64,000 nucleotides of DNA, taken from Lama glama. Lineage: Eukaryota. The translations under genes were made by a program, and so were the position numbers. Below are positions 1 to 48,024 of this stretch, one piece after another. Location: contig CM052826.1 in NCBI GenBank assembly GCA_028534125.1, positions 23,746,001 through 23,810,000 on the forward strand. Reading direction: 5' to 3'. A model generated the notes under the pieces. That model was not told the DNA's origin. It was given only the letters and a program-made list of their open reading frames with translations, and made no database searches. Numbering within the stretch: position 1 is the first letter of the stretch; the number at the start of each line of letters is the position of its first letter.

Positions 1-19
1 GCACACACTCTACCATTTG

Positions 20-385
20 AGTGTCTTCTTTGGTGAAGTGTGTATTCACAATCTTTTGCCACATTTTAACTGGGTTGTCTTTTTCTTTGTAATTTGTAGG
101 AATTTTTGTTTGGTTCTGTTTTATTTACTGTTTAACTATATTGTGGCTATAAGTCCTTTGTCAGATATATGTCTTGCTAATATCTTATCCTAGTCTGTGG
201 CTTATTCTTCACTCTCTTAAAGGTGGATCCGGGAAGGCAGGAACCAAGCGTATCTCATTCACTTGCCAGGCCTGGCACATAGTAGGCTCTCAATAAATAT
301 TCGTTGAATGAATGACTGGGCTCAGTTTCCCCACGTGGGCACGTTAATCCCCGTGCTGCTCATCTCACAGGATTTTGTGCAACAT
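20..385. mobile_element. Old L1M fragment followed by an L2 3' end and a MIR fragment
   Basis: T-rich antisense L1-like sequence (20-220), cctggcacatagtaggctctcaataaatattcgttgaatgaatga (L2 tail), ctcagtttcccca (MIR core). Confidence 0.6.
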
Positions 386-472
386 GCCAGAGACACAGGA
401 TGGATTTGCTGCAGAGCTGGATTTGGCGATGCTCAGACACCCTCAGCTTCTGGAATCAGAAAGGGTGGAGCT

Positions 473-686
473 AATAAACAAGGCCCTACGTTAGAGCACA
501 GAGAACTATATTAATGTCCTGCGATAACCTATAATGAAAAGAAATATGTATCTGTAACTGAATCACTATGCTGTACACCAGAAACTAACACAACATTGTA
601 AATCACTTTACTTCAATTAAAAATAATAAAGAAAGAAAATGAAAAGAAAAAGAAAAGAAAAGAAAAGAAAAGAAAAGAAAAGAAAA
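473..686 (+). mobile_element. 5'-truncated artiodactyl-type L1 3' end with (GAAAA)n tail
   Basis: ...aactgaatcactatgctgtacaccagaaactaacacaacattgtaaatc...cttcaattaaaaataataaa followed by (GAAAA)n at ~630-686. Flanked by imperfect direct repeats at 458-472 and 683-697. Confidence 0.75.
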
Positions 687-1317
687 GGGGCGGAGCTGGA
701 TTCTCCCACCAGGAATCTTGCCTTGGAAGCTCCACGTGGGCGCCCCGCCCATAGCAGGGCCCTCCCATAGATAGGCCCGCCCACACCTGTCACTTAGCAG
801 GGCAGGGAGGGTGCCTCCTAGCAGGCGTGGTTACAGGCCGGAACAAGGAAGTGGGTGGAGTTCCAGAGGCCACTGACCAATGAGGTAAAAGAGGTTTGTG
901 CTGGAGGGGGCGCGGCCTAGTGGGCACTGAGGCCGTTGTCTGCGTTTCCATTGGGCGGTCTGGCGTCGTCAGGGAAACGCGGGGTCCCGGTGGAGGGGCG
1001 GGGTTTCCAGGGAGGCGGGGCTTCCGGGGGCGGGGCGGCCGGCCGGGGCTCCTGCCGTCAGCTGACTGGCCGCCATCTTGTCCGCCATTTGCAAGCAGCG
1101 CGGCGCGGAGCCGGAGGGAAGGGGAACGCGGCCTGCCGAGCGGTCCCCGCCGCCGCCGCCGCTGCCCTACTGACCGCCGCCGACCTGGCCTGGGAGCCCA
1201 CCCCGCCGCGGCGGCCGGCAGCGCAGCGCTTCGCGGGCGGCAAGCTCGGCCACCGGGCCCCCTCAGGGCTCCCGGCCGCGGGCCTCCCGGGGCTCGAGCC
1301 GGGCGGCAGCCGCCGCG

Positions 1318-37436
<36,119 letters not shown>

Positions 37437-38394
37437 GCGCCAGGGCCACCGCGGAGGGCTCATGGGAGGCGGCACCACGTTCCGGGTGGCTGCTCTGTCC
37501 CCAGGCTGCACTGGCCTGGAGGTCATTGAAGTCCACTGTCGTCCACTGTGTAGACACCAAGGTCTGGGTTGCGTTGATTTATCCTCTCGTCCTTTCACTT
37601 TGACTCTCTCCACTTCTGGCGAGAAGCCCCATACCAGTCCCCAAACCAGCAGGGGCTGCCGGACGGGCGAGGTGACCACTGCCTAGGCCGGGACCTGGCA
37701 GGGACCGGCGGGGCGGCCCATCCGGCTGCTGTCAAGTCGTCCGGGTCCCACAAGTCCCCAGACCCCCTGCCTGGTGGCAACTGGGGGTGAAGAGGGGGCC
37801 AGCTGCTCACCAGGGAGACACTCCCTTCACCCCTCACACTGAATGTCAGGTCCCCCCAGGATGCACGGTGGGAGAGGCCCTGTAGGCTGCTGTCCGTTGT
37901 CCCCCCACCGTGTCCATCTGTGCAGGTGGGGATCCCCGTGCAGCGGGGATGGCCCCGGTGGCTTTTGTGGCCCAGGCAGGGTGTTGGGGTGAGTGGTAGA
38001 GCACCACAGTTCCCAACCCCTCCTCTGGTCGCTGGATGCTCTGCAGTCTTGTCCCTGCGTCTTGCGCACTCGTGTGGAAGGGTCCCATCCCGGGCTTCTC
38101 GGCCTCAACGGCGAAACACGTGTGTCTTGGGGCAGCTGGGCCCCTGAAATGCGCTTTTCGGGCAGGGAGACTGAACTTCCCTCAAGAGATGATGGTCCTC
38201 AATGACGTTTTAACTTCCTTTTGATGAAAACTGTCACTTCAGCATGTAGAGTAATCTATTGCAGAATCCTGTGCAGTGATTCTAGAATCTCGAAATTGTA
38301 TGATGTGTTATATAAGAATTTATTTGCTATCGACATTCCCGTATAAAGGAGAGACATATCACGCTGCTGGAATGATTTTGTGTCAAGATGATCA

Positions 38395-38400
38395 AATAAA
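38395..38400 (+). terminator. AP3D1 polyadenylation signal AATAAA
   Basis: AATAAA at the end of an AU-rich 3' UTR block (~38200-38400), about 960 nt after the stop codon. Confidence 0.8.
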
Positions 38401-39549
38401 CCTGCAAAAAGATGGCTGCCTGGTGGGTCTTTTTCCCATGCCTGTGTGTGCCCCCGACTGGGGCAGCTGTCACACAGTACGAGGGGGACGTCACCCAGCC
38501 GGGCCTCTGGACCGTCCCTGAACTGCTTGGGGTCAGAGGGCTACCGGGCACCCTCATGGAGGTTGCAGCATGCTGGGGAGCCCCACCCCCTCCTGCCGTG
38601 CACCCTTGTCCCCTTGGGAGATGACGTGGTCGTCACACGCCATCCAGGCCCCTGGGCTGGGAACCCCTCTGGTAAGGGGTGTATGAGGTGAGCAGCGGGA
38701 GCACGTCCTGGAAAGAAGGCCCTGCTGTCATTTTAACTCCGCACGTTTCTGGTGGCTTCACGGACACACTGTGGACAGGGGTCTTGTCAACAGGTGGAGA
38801 ACCTGAATCAACTCCAATCTGAATCCTAAAACGTGGGCAGGTGAGGAGCCCTGCACTGAAACCCCCTCCGCACTGAGTGGGCAGAGCGGCCTTGAGTGCC
38901 CCTGCCTGGTCATCGGCCCAGCCCGCTCCGGCGCATGGGACCCAGCTCGTGTCCTGGGGCATCAGAGCGTCCCTCCCGGGTCTCCTGCTCCCCGTTTCCC
39001 TGCCCTGACCCACGTTCCTGTGTGAGCAGGGGCCAGTGTGGTGTGAGACCCACCTCAGCGGGAAGACGCCCGTGGACGGGGAGCAAGAGGAGGGCTCAGC
39101 TGCCATCTGGAAGCTGGGAAATGGCCAGGCTCGTGGCAGCATCTGCAGGCCCAGGAGGTACCTCTGGCAGTCCCTTCACCCCTAGGCCTCCTTCCCATCT
39201 CCTGAACAGGGTTCATCCCTGGATCCAGCTGGGTTGGGCCTGTCTCCCTCACCACCCACGTCAGATGTTTTCTAGAAGCTAAGCAGTGGGTCAGCAGTTC
39301 CTGAGCCTCAGCCGGGGCAGCCTGGTGTGACAGGAGCCCCGCCATGCCCAAAGCTGGCCCTGGTTGTCACCAGACAGGTTCACTGAGTCATCGGAAGAGC
39401 CACTTGTTCTCAAGGCTGGTTTCCCTGCACACCTGCCCAGGTATGAATTGTCAGCGTGGAACGCCCTGCAGCCACAACCCTGGACGCACCTGGCCTGGGG
39501 CCCCAGCCCCCAAGAAGGACTGCCCCTGCGGTGAGAAAGGTCAAGGATG

Positions 39550-39555
39550 TTTAAT
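39550..39555 (-). terminator. Candidate IZUMO4 poly(A) signal ATTAAA
   Basis: TTTAAT on + (ATTAAA on -), about 200 nt beyond the stop codon. Confidence 0.55.
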
Positions 39556-39757
39556 CATTCTATCAAAACAGCTGGGATCGCGCCCGCCGGCTCTGTACTA
39601 TATACAAACCCGTGCCTCTTCTTACCCTCCCCTTGCCCCGGCCAGGGCTCCTGGCACGTGGGGCACCCAAGGCAGCAGCAGGCCTGCTCCACAGGGTCAG
39701 GCTGAGACGGTCTGGCAGGGTCCTGGTCCTGCCCGCAGTCTGGCTGGCCCCGGGCCC

Positions 39758-42180
39758 TCAGTGCTGCATCAGGCACTCAGAGGCCTTCTCCAGAGTCAGG
39801 TTGGCCAGATGTGGGCGCCCCAGACACGTGAAGCTTGGTGATACCAGGCTGCAGGGAGACATGAGTGCCCCAGTCCTTCTTCTCCCCAACCTTGCCCTCC
39901 CTGGGGGGGTCTTTGCTTGGGGCCTGGGCCCCTCTTCCCAGCTGGGGCATGAGACAGGGCCGCAGGCGGACCCTCGAAGCCACCTGTGGGGGTCCTGCCC
40001 GTGCTCACACCCTCAAGACAGCATTAGGGTTACACCCAACACTCCCACCACCGGCACTGCAAAAGGCAGTGGGGGGGCCGGCTGTAAATTGGCTGTAGTC
40101 AGGGTTTTAGTCTCTGGCTTGGGCACAGCTTCTGCCCCAGGGCCCGCCCGGCCCCCCGCAGCCCCCCGCCGCGGATCACTCACAATGCTGGAGTGGTTCT
40201 GGGCGTCCAGGCCGGGAGGAGGGGGGGGGGCTCGTGTTTATCGTGAGGTGATGGCACGGGTGTGGTGGCAGGCCATGTCTGCACAACTCCAGGTGCAGAG
40301 AGAGCCCTGCCTGGCGGCCCCACCCCGTCCAGCACCCCTGCCCACCCCCACTGGCCCAGACAACCCCACGCCACCCTGCCCTCCCCTCCAGGGGTACGGG
40401 CCGGGGGACCTTACCTCATGTTGGTGTTCTGTCTGAAAGACACGACAGGGCCCTGGTTACCTCCGAGCCTTGGGAATGAGCTGTGCCCGTGGCCTTAGGC
40501 CTCTCTATGGAGGTGCACATCCACCACGGGGGCCTCCCCAGCTCTGATCACCACCCTGCCACCCATTTGGGAGAGGGCTAGGACCAGGCTATGGGGTCCC
40601 TTTAACCAGGATGTGCCCCCTTGTGCCAGCTGAGCTCAGAGACCGTCGGAGGAAGAGGCTGCGACCCTCCCAAAGACTCCTGGCCCATACTCACCCTTGT
40701 GGGTGCGAGTGCACAGTGCCTCGTAAAACTCATGCTGGGTTTGGGGAGGGGGAACTTACTTGTGCCACATATTCCTACAATGACAGCAGGTTTGGAGTCG
40801 GGCCAAGAAGCCTCGATGGGGCTCCCCTCTGAGAACCCAGCTGCCCTAACTCACATGTACTGGAGGAGGCCCTGCACTGCGGTCTCCCACTGCACAGGTG
40901 ACCTGCGGGAACACGGGACGTAGAGGGGGCATGGCCCACGTTCAGGGGCCAGCTGGGGGGCTTCCATCCCCCCACCCAGGTGATGAGGGCCTCTCCATGG
41001 AGAGTCTCGGAACCCATGGCAGGGGCCCCCAGCACAGACATCTGCCCGCGCCTGAGCCCTACTCGCAGTTGTAGCCAAAGCAGATGACATGCGAGTCTGT
41101 GCAGTTGGTGCAGGCGATGGTCTCATACTGGAAGACGCCTGCAACACAGCAGAGGCGGCAGCAGGCTCTTACCCTCTGGGCCCCAGGGCTGCGAGCTGCA
41201 CCTCACAACCCGAACAGAGGCTCACCCACCACAGTGACGCTGACAGTTGATGTAGCCTGTGGGGGACCAGAGCACAGATGGCGCCTTCTTAGTAGGCCTA
41301 TCCTGTCCCCTGCTCTAGCCCACCCAGGCCACCCACGGCTCAGGGCCTCCAGGGACCAGTGGGGGGAGGTGGCTGGGGAGGGTGGGATTTATCCCTCAAG
41401 GTGCCCCCTTGGTATCCACGGGATGAAAAGGTCCCTTCCCCAAGGTGTCATCCCTTCTTTCTGTCCTGAGTTCTGACATCCAGCTGCACCAAGCCAGATG
41501 CCCTCTTCATATTAGTCCAGCCCCAGCCATACCCTGGCCCCGGGACCCCCAGCCTGGAAGGAGACACATGTTCTGGTGGCCCTGGGTCCTCAGGCCCTGG
41601 GCAGCACCCTCCATACCCCAGCCCTCAATTGCTCACTTTCGATGATGGCATTCTGGATGAGGTGCACCTGCTCCCGGAAGATAGCTCGCAGCTCGTTGGG
41701 GAAATACCCTAACGGGGTGGGGAGGCAGAAGAGAGGTCAGCCTCAGACAGGGCAGGTGAGCTCTGCCTCAGTGTCCCGCACGTGACGGCCGCCCCCTTAC
41801 CCGGGAAATACATCTTCCCCTGGTACAGCTGATCCATCTTCTTGTACACGGCGTTTGCCACTTGGTTCAGCTTCTCCCGGGCTGGGGACGGGAGGAAGCG
41901 TGTGAGCGGCGCGGTGCTGGATCTGGCTGGGCCAGGGGCGCGCCCAGACGGGGCCCCGGCACTCACTGATCTCCGCGGGGATGGCCAGGTGCAGCTCCTT
42001 CAATGTGTCCTGACTCCAGTCGGTGAGCAGCGAGCCCGACACGGGGATGTCGCCCACCCACCAAGACTTGAGGTTCACGTGATGGCGGTAGAAGGAGAAC
42101 TTCTCCGAGAAGTTGCCGTGGCAGTGCAAGCAGCCGCGGGCCAGCGCCGCTGTCAGTCCCAGGTACAGCAGCAGGGCCAT
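39758..42180 (-). CDS. IZUMO4: Izumo sperm-egg fusion protein 4, 10 coding exons, ~218 aa
   Basis: Minus-strand exons: 42180-41967 (MALLLYLGLTAALARGCLHCHGNFSEKFSFYRHHVNLKSWWVGDIPVSG...), 41881-41801, 41708-41637, 41256-41230, 41138-41063, 40902-40855, 40774-40760, 40432-40415, 40198-40184, 39848-39758 (LVSPSFTCLGRPHLANLTLEKASECLMQH*). All GT-AG with consistent phases, 657 nt. Confidence 0.93.
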
Positions 42181-42700
42181 GGCCCGCCCCTGCCCGCCGC
42201 CGGCCAACCGACGGCGCCTCCCGCGCCACGCCCCCCGCCGCGCACCCGCCAACGGCGCCCTCCTGGGCCGTGCTCGCGCCCCGCCCCCGACGTTGGCCCC
42301 GCCTCCGCAACGGACAACTGAAGGCGCTCTCCCAGGCCCCGCCCACGAACCACCTCTCCCAGATAAGGTTCCGTCCCTCTGTTAGCCCCGCCCCCGGCCT
42401 GCGCTCCTCGCCCGCGACCACCTCCCGTACAAGCTCCTCCGCTTCCGGGGAGGCCTCGGCCGGGAGCGGAAGTAGGTCCGGCGGGGGGGCGGGGCGGTGG
42501 CGCGCAGCGCTCGGCGAGGCGGGGCTGGCCGGCGGGCCGGGCACAGATCCGCGGACGCTGGGCGGCGGCGAGCGTGGCCTGGCCCTTGGAACGGCGGGCG
42601 GCAGGTGGGTCCCTCCGCGGGGCGAACGCGGGCGGCGGGAGGCCGGGGCGCTCAGGAAGGGAGGAGAGGGAGCTGTGGCGGCCCTGGGTCGAACTGGTGG
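42181..42700. promoter_or_regulatory. Bidirectional CpG-island promoter shared by IZUMO4 (-) and MOB3A (+), including the probable MOB3A non-coding exon 1
   Basis: CpG-dense, several GC boxes, opposed ETS motifs CTTCCGG (~42442) and CGGAAGT (~42467), donor-like CAG|GTGGGT at 42604/42605. Confidence 0.75.
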
Positions 42701-45700
42701 TTACAGATGTCACTTTAGGGTCACCCCCTCTCGCCGTGTCGCTAACCGGGACCCACCTCCTGGTTTGGATGGAAAGTCCACAGGATTTTAGGGCCCACGC
42801 CCACCGGACCCCAGCCCTTTGAAAGCAGGGCTCTTGCTTCTTGGTCCCCAGAGTCCCCGAGCAGTGGGCAGGGGCTGGGCGGGGGCGTTGGCGTGTCCGC
42901 ACTGCCCACTGGGTGACTTCACGGCTGCATCTCCGCACCAGAGAGGGTCACAAAGCGCAGAATAAATTGCCGGGGATGCTCCCACCCAGCGCCACCGCTC
43001 ATTTGTGGGTGAGGGTCCTCCAGTCTTTATTCACTTGTGCTCTTTGCCCCTTGCATCTTTCTTTTTAAACCATTTTTTAGAGACTCGGTTGATTTGCAGT
43101 GAGCTGCATGCATTCAGAGCGCACTGTTGGATGACATTTCGGCATAGAATACAGAAGCACCTCACACATTTCACACCCAACCGCCTGCCTGCACTTTGTG
43201 ATCTTGGACTTGTTCTGTTACATTTCTTCTACATTCTCCCTCCACCCAGCAGAAAGTTCAGGGTCTCCTATGAGGCCACTTTACAGACTCAGCGCTGAGC
43301 AATACCAAGAATCCTGCCCTGGCCCATGTCAGGACGGGCCGCTGCAGTCCCCCCACCAAAGTCCTGAGCGCCCATCCGCCCCCCCCTTCCCCACCCCAAG
43401 TTTTAGTCTGTCAGTGTCTGTCGTACTGATTACAGAGTGAAGCTAGTGGAAGTCCTGGCTGCCCTGCCCCTGCCCACACCCCAGGGCACCGTTTTTCTCC
43501 TCCCTTCCGGAGGCTCCCTTTGTTCACCACGAAGCTGGAACCTGCTCTCCCCTTCCCAGGGTCCAAATCCGGCACCCACCTCAAACAGCACCCATCCCAT
43601 TGCTTCGTCCTCCAACAGGTGGGTTTTCCCCCTTTTAAAACCTTCCAGAGCTGAGCGGTCCAGTGCAGCAGCCCCTGGCCTCGCGTGCTAGGGAGTGCCT
43701 GAAAAGTGGTCCAAACCGGGATGTGCCATCCGTGTAAAATCCGTACCAGTCTCCAGAGACTCGGTGTGTGTGGGGTGAGGGGACAAAATATTTCTTTAAT
43801 ATCGTCTATATTTGTTATGGTGTTAAAATGATATTTTGGCGCTCTTGGGTTAAACTGTTAGCAACGTTAAAGCCACCTGTTTCTTTTCATTTTTTTTTAC
43901 TTTCCAACATGGCTACCAAAAAGAAGTTACACACATGGTGTACGTTACACTTCAGTGCCTTCCGTGGCATTTAGTCTTTGGGCAAATAGATGTCCCACTC
44001 CTGCTCTCTTAGCGTTTGTCATTTTCTGTTTCCTGTCTGTGGCTTTAGCTATTTCTTAAATGGGGTGAGCAACTCAAAGGATTTAGCCAAGGGCTTGGTG
44101 TGTTGTAATTGGTGAATTCGTGTTAGCTGTAGTTTTTTTCTTAACAGACTTAATTTTTTGAGAGCAATTTCATGCTCATGGTATAACCGAGCAGGAGGCA
44201 CAAGGACTTCCCATATAACCCCTGCCCCCATGTGTGCGCTGCCTCCCACGTTACCAGCAGCCCCCACCTGAGCGGGTGTCTGTGACAGGGGTGAGCCTAC
44301 ACTGTCACATCGCTGTCAGCCAGTGTCCGTGTGCGTTAGGGTCCCTCTGGGTGCCGTGCGTGCTCTGGGCCTGGACAACTGTATACGGATGTGTATCCGT
44401 CATTTCATCACACAGAGCAGTCTCACTTCCCCAGAAACCCCCGGGCCCCACCTGTCCAGCTCTCCCTCACAAACCCCCCCACCCCCGCAACCGCCGGCCC
44501 TTTTGCTGGCCCCTAGCTCTGCTCCGACCTTTCCAGAGTGTCCCAGCGTTGGAACCACAGCGTTGCCCTCTCAGAAAGGCTTTTCCCGCTTCCCCGTGGT
44601 GATGCGCCTTTACGGTTCCTTGTGTCTTTCCGTGGCTTGGTCGTTTACTTTTTACTTCAGCCTCCCTGAAGGACAGACTGTCTTTATCATCTTTAAACTC
44701 TCGAGCATGGTGTTCGCACACCAGGCGCCCCAAATAGCTGCGACAAGTGGAGTTCTAAGTTCGCCTCTCTCAGCAAAAGCAGAAGTGGTTATTTTAGTCC
44801 CTGAGGGGGTTCGCGGAAGTGCTGTTTCAGTTCCAGGACTTTTTAGATGATTCGTATTCCTAACAAGTTTAAGGTGGTCTGTTTCATGTGTGATGGCGTT
44901 CCAGAGCCAGCCAAGTTCATGGGAAAGTCAGCCATTAACTATCATCCCATCCCAGGAGCTTCTCTCCCTTTCCCGGGGCTTCTCGAAATGGAGGTTTAAC
45001 AAAAATTCCCCCAAGCAGCCGGCCTGGAACTTGGGTTTTTACTCTGGGAAATTTTGGACATGCCCCAGCTGGTGAGCCCTGTTCCTGACTTCCTGGAATT
45101 TCGAGGTTGAGATTGCTTAAGCCAGAGAGGCGAATCCAACTTCAGGAACTGGGTTCTGGGAGGGAAGTGGTCGTTCCTGCAGCTCCTTAGTCCCAGATGA
45201 GACGCCTGGGGCGAGTCATCCTCTGTGGGGGGCCATTCTGTGCACTGTGGGGTGTGGCGCAGCCTCCCTGGACCCCCAATGCCAGGAGAACCCCTAGTCG
45301 TGACAACCACAAACGCCCCCCAGACGTGGCCCCTGGGGCAGAGTCACCCCCGTTGAGACCCAGGGCTGTAGCGGAGCGAGGCTGGGGCTCTTCTCAGCGC
45401 CTGGAGAGACTGCGATGCTTGATGGATGGCGCTGCAGGGACGCCCTCCCCGCAGACTGGGGTCAGTGCGAGTGCCGACGACCCTGATGTTAAAAGGAAGC
45501 TTGGACAGCCAGCAAGTGGGGGTGTATGTGGCGTGCCACTTCTCTTGTCTTCCCTTCGGTGACACGCAGGACTCTGGTCAGTGCAGAGCCGCGGCTCTTA
45601 CAGCCTTGGGCTGAGTCCTCAGGAGGAAGAGTTACGACTCCTGCAGGGACACACACCACCCATGACCTCCCCCTTTTTCTCCCCTTCTGGTCTCCCCGAG

Positions 45701-47850
45701 GCCCCGTTCTGTTGAGCACTAAATCCGTGCTGGTCTTCATGGGGAACTGAGACGGAGGGAGGGGTTGGAGGAGAACCGGCAGCACTGGCCGGGGCACACC
45801 CAGCACCCCTCTCTCCGTCTCAGTGGAGACAGCCAGATTTAGACCCCCGGCCCCTCTCGCTTGCTGTGGGCTCGGCGCTCCCGGAGGCCCTGCTGGGGGG
45901 TCCTTGCCGCCGCTCTCCCAGCCTGTGGCGCGGCCGGCCAGCGTGGTCCTTCCTTGACCTGGAGACACGACCCCGGCCTCTGCCCCTGTCAGACGGCTGT
46001 TTCCCTGTGTCGTGCCCTCATCTCCCTCTGCTTGTAGGGACAGCAGACGTGGCTTAGTGCCCACCCTCCTCCAGTGTGACCTCGTCTTAATTGCATCTGC
46101 AATGACCCTGTTTCTCAGCAGGGTTCCCTCACAGGGATCGAGGGTTAAGACTTGAACATGTCTTTCTGGGGGACGTGACTCAGCCCATAAAAGGGGGGTA
46201 GGAGGTGACTGCTGATGGGCACAGCATTTCTTGTGGGGCGAGGAGATGTCCTGGAATTAGAGAGTGGTGACGGTTACACACTCTGATCTGACTAAAAGCC
46301 GTTGGATTGTGTGCTTTGAAAGGATGGAATCTGTCGTATGTGAGTTGTGTCTCAATTGGTTTTTGTTTTTAAAAAAAACCATCATCAGGAAGGCTGGGAC
46401 ACACAGAACCCCTCCAGAGCACCTTGGTCTTCGTGTGTGTCCTGCAGGGCTGCGGGCTGCCTCCCCACCCAGGGAGCCGTTGCAGTATATAAAAATAAAC
46501 ATTTAGATGTTGAGAGACAGCCGTGGGGCACAACCACCTCTAACAGGACAGATCCTGGGCCTCGAGCATCTTCCAGCCAGACACTCAGGCTGCCAGGCCA
46601 GGGGCCCAGGTTTACACGCCGATCGATCCGGAACATGTAGGACCGACCTCAGAGGTTGGGGTCTGTCCCCAGAGAGTAAGTGTTGCAGCCCAGGCAGGAT
46701 GTGGAGGCACCGGAAGGAAGTGGCGACTGGGCCAAGGTGCGGCGTGCCCCCCCCCCAAGGCAGTTGCTTACAGGAACTGTGTTTTGTTTTCAGAAAAAGA
46801 AGGGAGGGTGGGTGTGTGCTGGGGCAGGGGAGCTTTGTCATCTGAACTTCGGCCACTCTGGGAGTTTGAAGTGCCACACACATCTCATCCCCAGGAAGAA
46901 CCTAGGGGAGGGAGCCCTTCGCGCTGGATTCCGAGAAGCCTGTGCTGGTTTTCCCCCGCGCCGTCCTTGGGGGTTTTCTAGGAAGAGCCAGGAGAAAGGA
47001 GCCCCAGAGACAGTACCTGGGGCAGCGTGGGGGCGTCTCCCGGTGCCTTGGCCTCCTGCGCGCTTCTCAGGAAAAGGCGCTTTCTGGCGGCTGGCCACCC
47101 CTCCACCATGGGAGTGTATTTCTAATAGAAAGCTGTTTGCTTTTGATGGGAACTCTGCCCATCCAGGAAGTGTTTCAGAAAATCATTGCTTCCACTTGAA
47201 AAAAAATCTACTTTCTGAGGCGAAAGAAAGGCAGGCAGGAACCTTACAGGCCCCTTCCACCGCCCCACCCCATCTTCCAGAACGATCTTGGCGTGGCGCT
47301 GGTGCAGGGCATGAAGGGCTGTAGGCAGACGTGGTCAGCGGGCCCGTGGAGCCCCCACCCTCTCCTGTCGGGCAGGGCACGTGTCCCTAGGTGACGTCGT
47401 TGGGGATTAAACCCCCAAAACTGTCCCTGGAGAGGCCCCAAAAGAACCAGGAGGCAGCAGCCGGTCCGTGGTGGGCAGGCTGCGTTTCTCTGTGCGGTGT
47501 GATTTCCGCAGGGGCTGGCAGGCCAGCTGCAGGGCAGGTGAGGAGCCCGGATGGGCGGGCCACACAGAAGCGGCTCCAGGGTCTTTGCTTGGGGCTCCGC
47601 CTCGCTCTGGCTGGACGCAGGGTGCAGCGCCCCGCTCTGTCTTCTCCTTGCCAAAGTCAGGCCGCGCTCCGCTCCTGCAGAAGGGCGTGCAGGGCCGAAG
47701 TAAGTCGTACAGGAGACATTGCCTTCCCTGGCACCAGCAGGTGGCAAGCGCTGGAAGGGGCGACTCTCGTCTCTAGCAGGTGGGCTCCAGGTAACTGACC
47801 AGCGCCCGGGGTGGCCTGAGGGATGCTCGGCTTGCAGGTGAATCACCTGG

Positions 47851-48024
47851 GCAGGTTCAGGGCCCCTTGGGCCGCAGGGTCCCCGCCTGGCATGTGCAGC
47901 TCACATGCCCTCGGCACAGAGGGTCGGGGCGGGTTCAGGGCCCCTTGGGCCGCAGGGTCCCCACCTGGCGTGTGTGGCTCACATGCCCTCGGCACAGAGG
48001 GTCGGGGCGGGTTCAGGGCCCCTT
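47851..48024. repeat. 78-bp tandem repeat, ~2.2 copies
   Basis: GGTTCAGGGCCCCTT recurs at 47854, 47932 and 48010; the units are nearly identical. Confidence 0.9.

Noticed and set aside
47851-48024. CRISPR-like array
   Set aside because: Head-to-tail units without unique spacers, in a mammalian genome.
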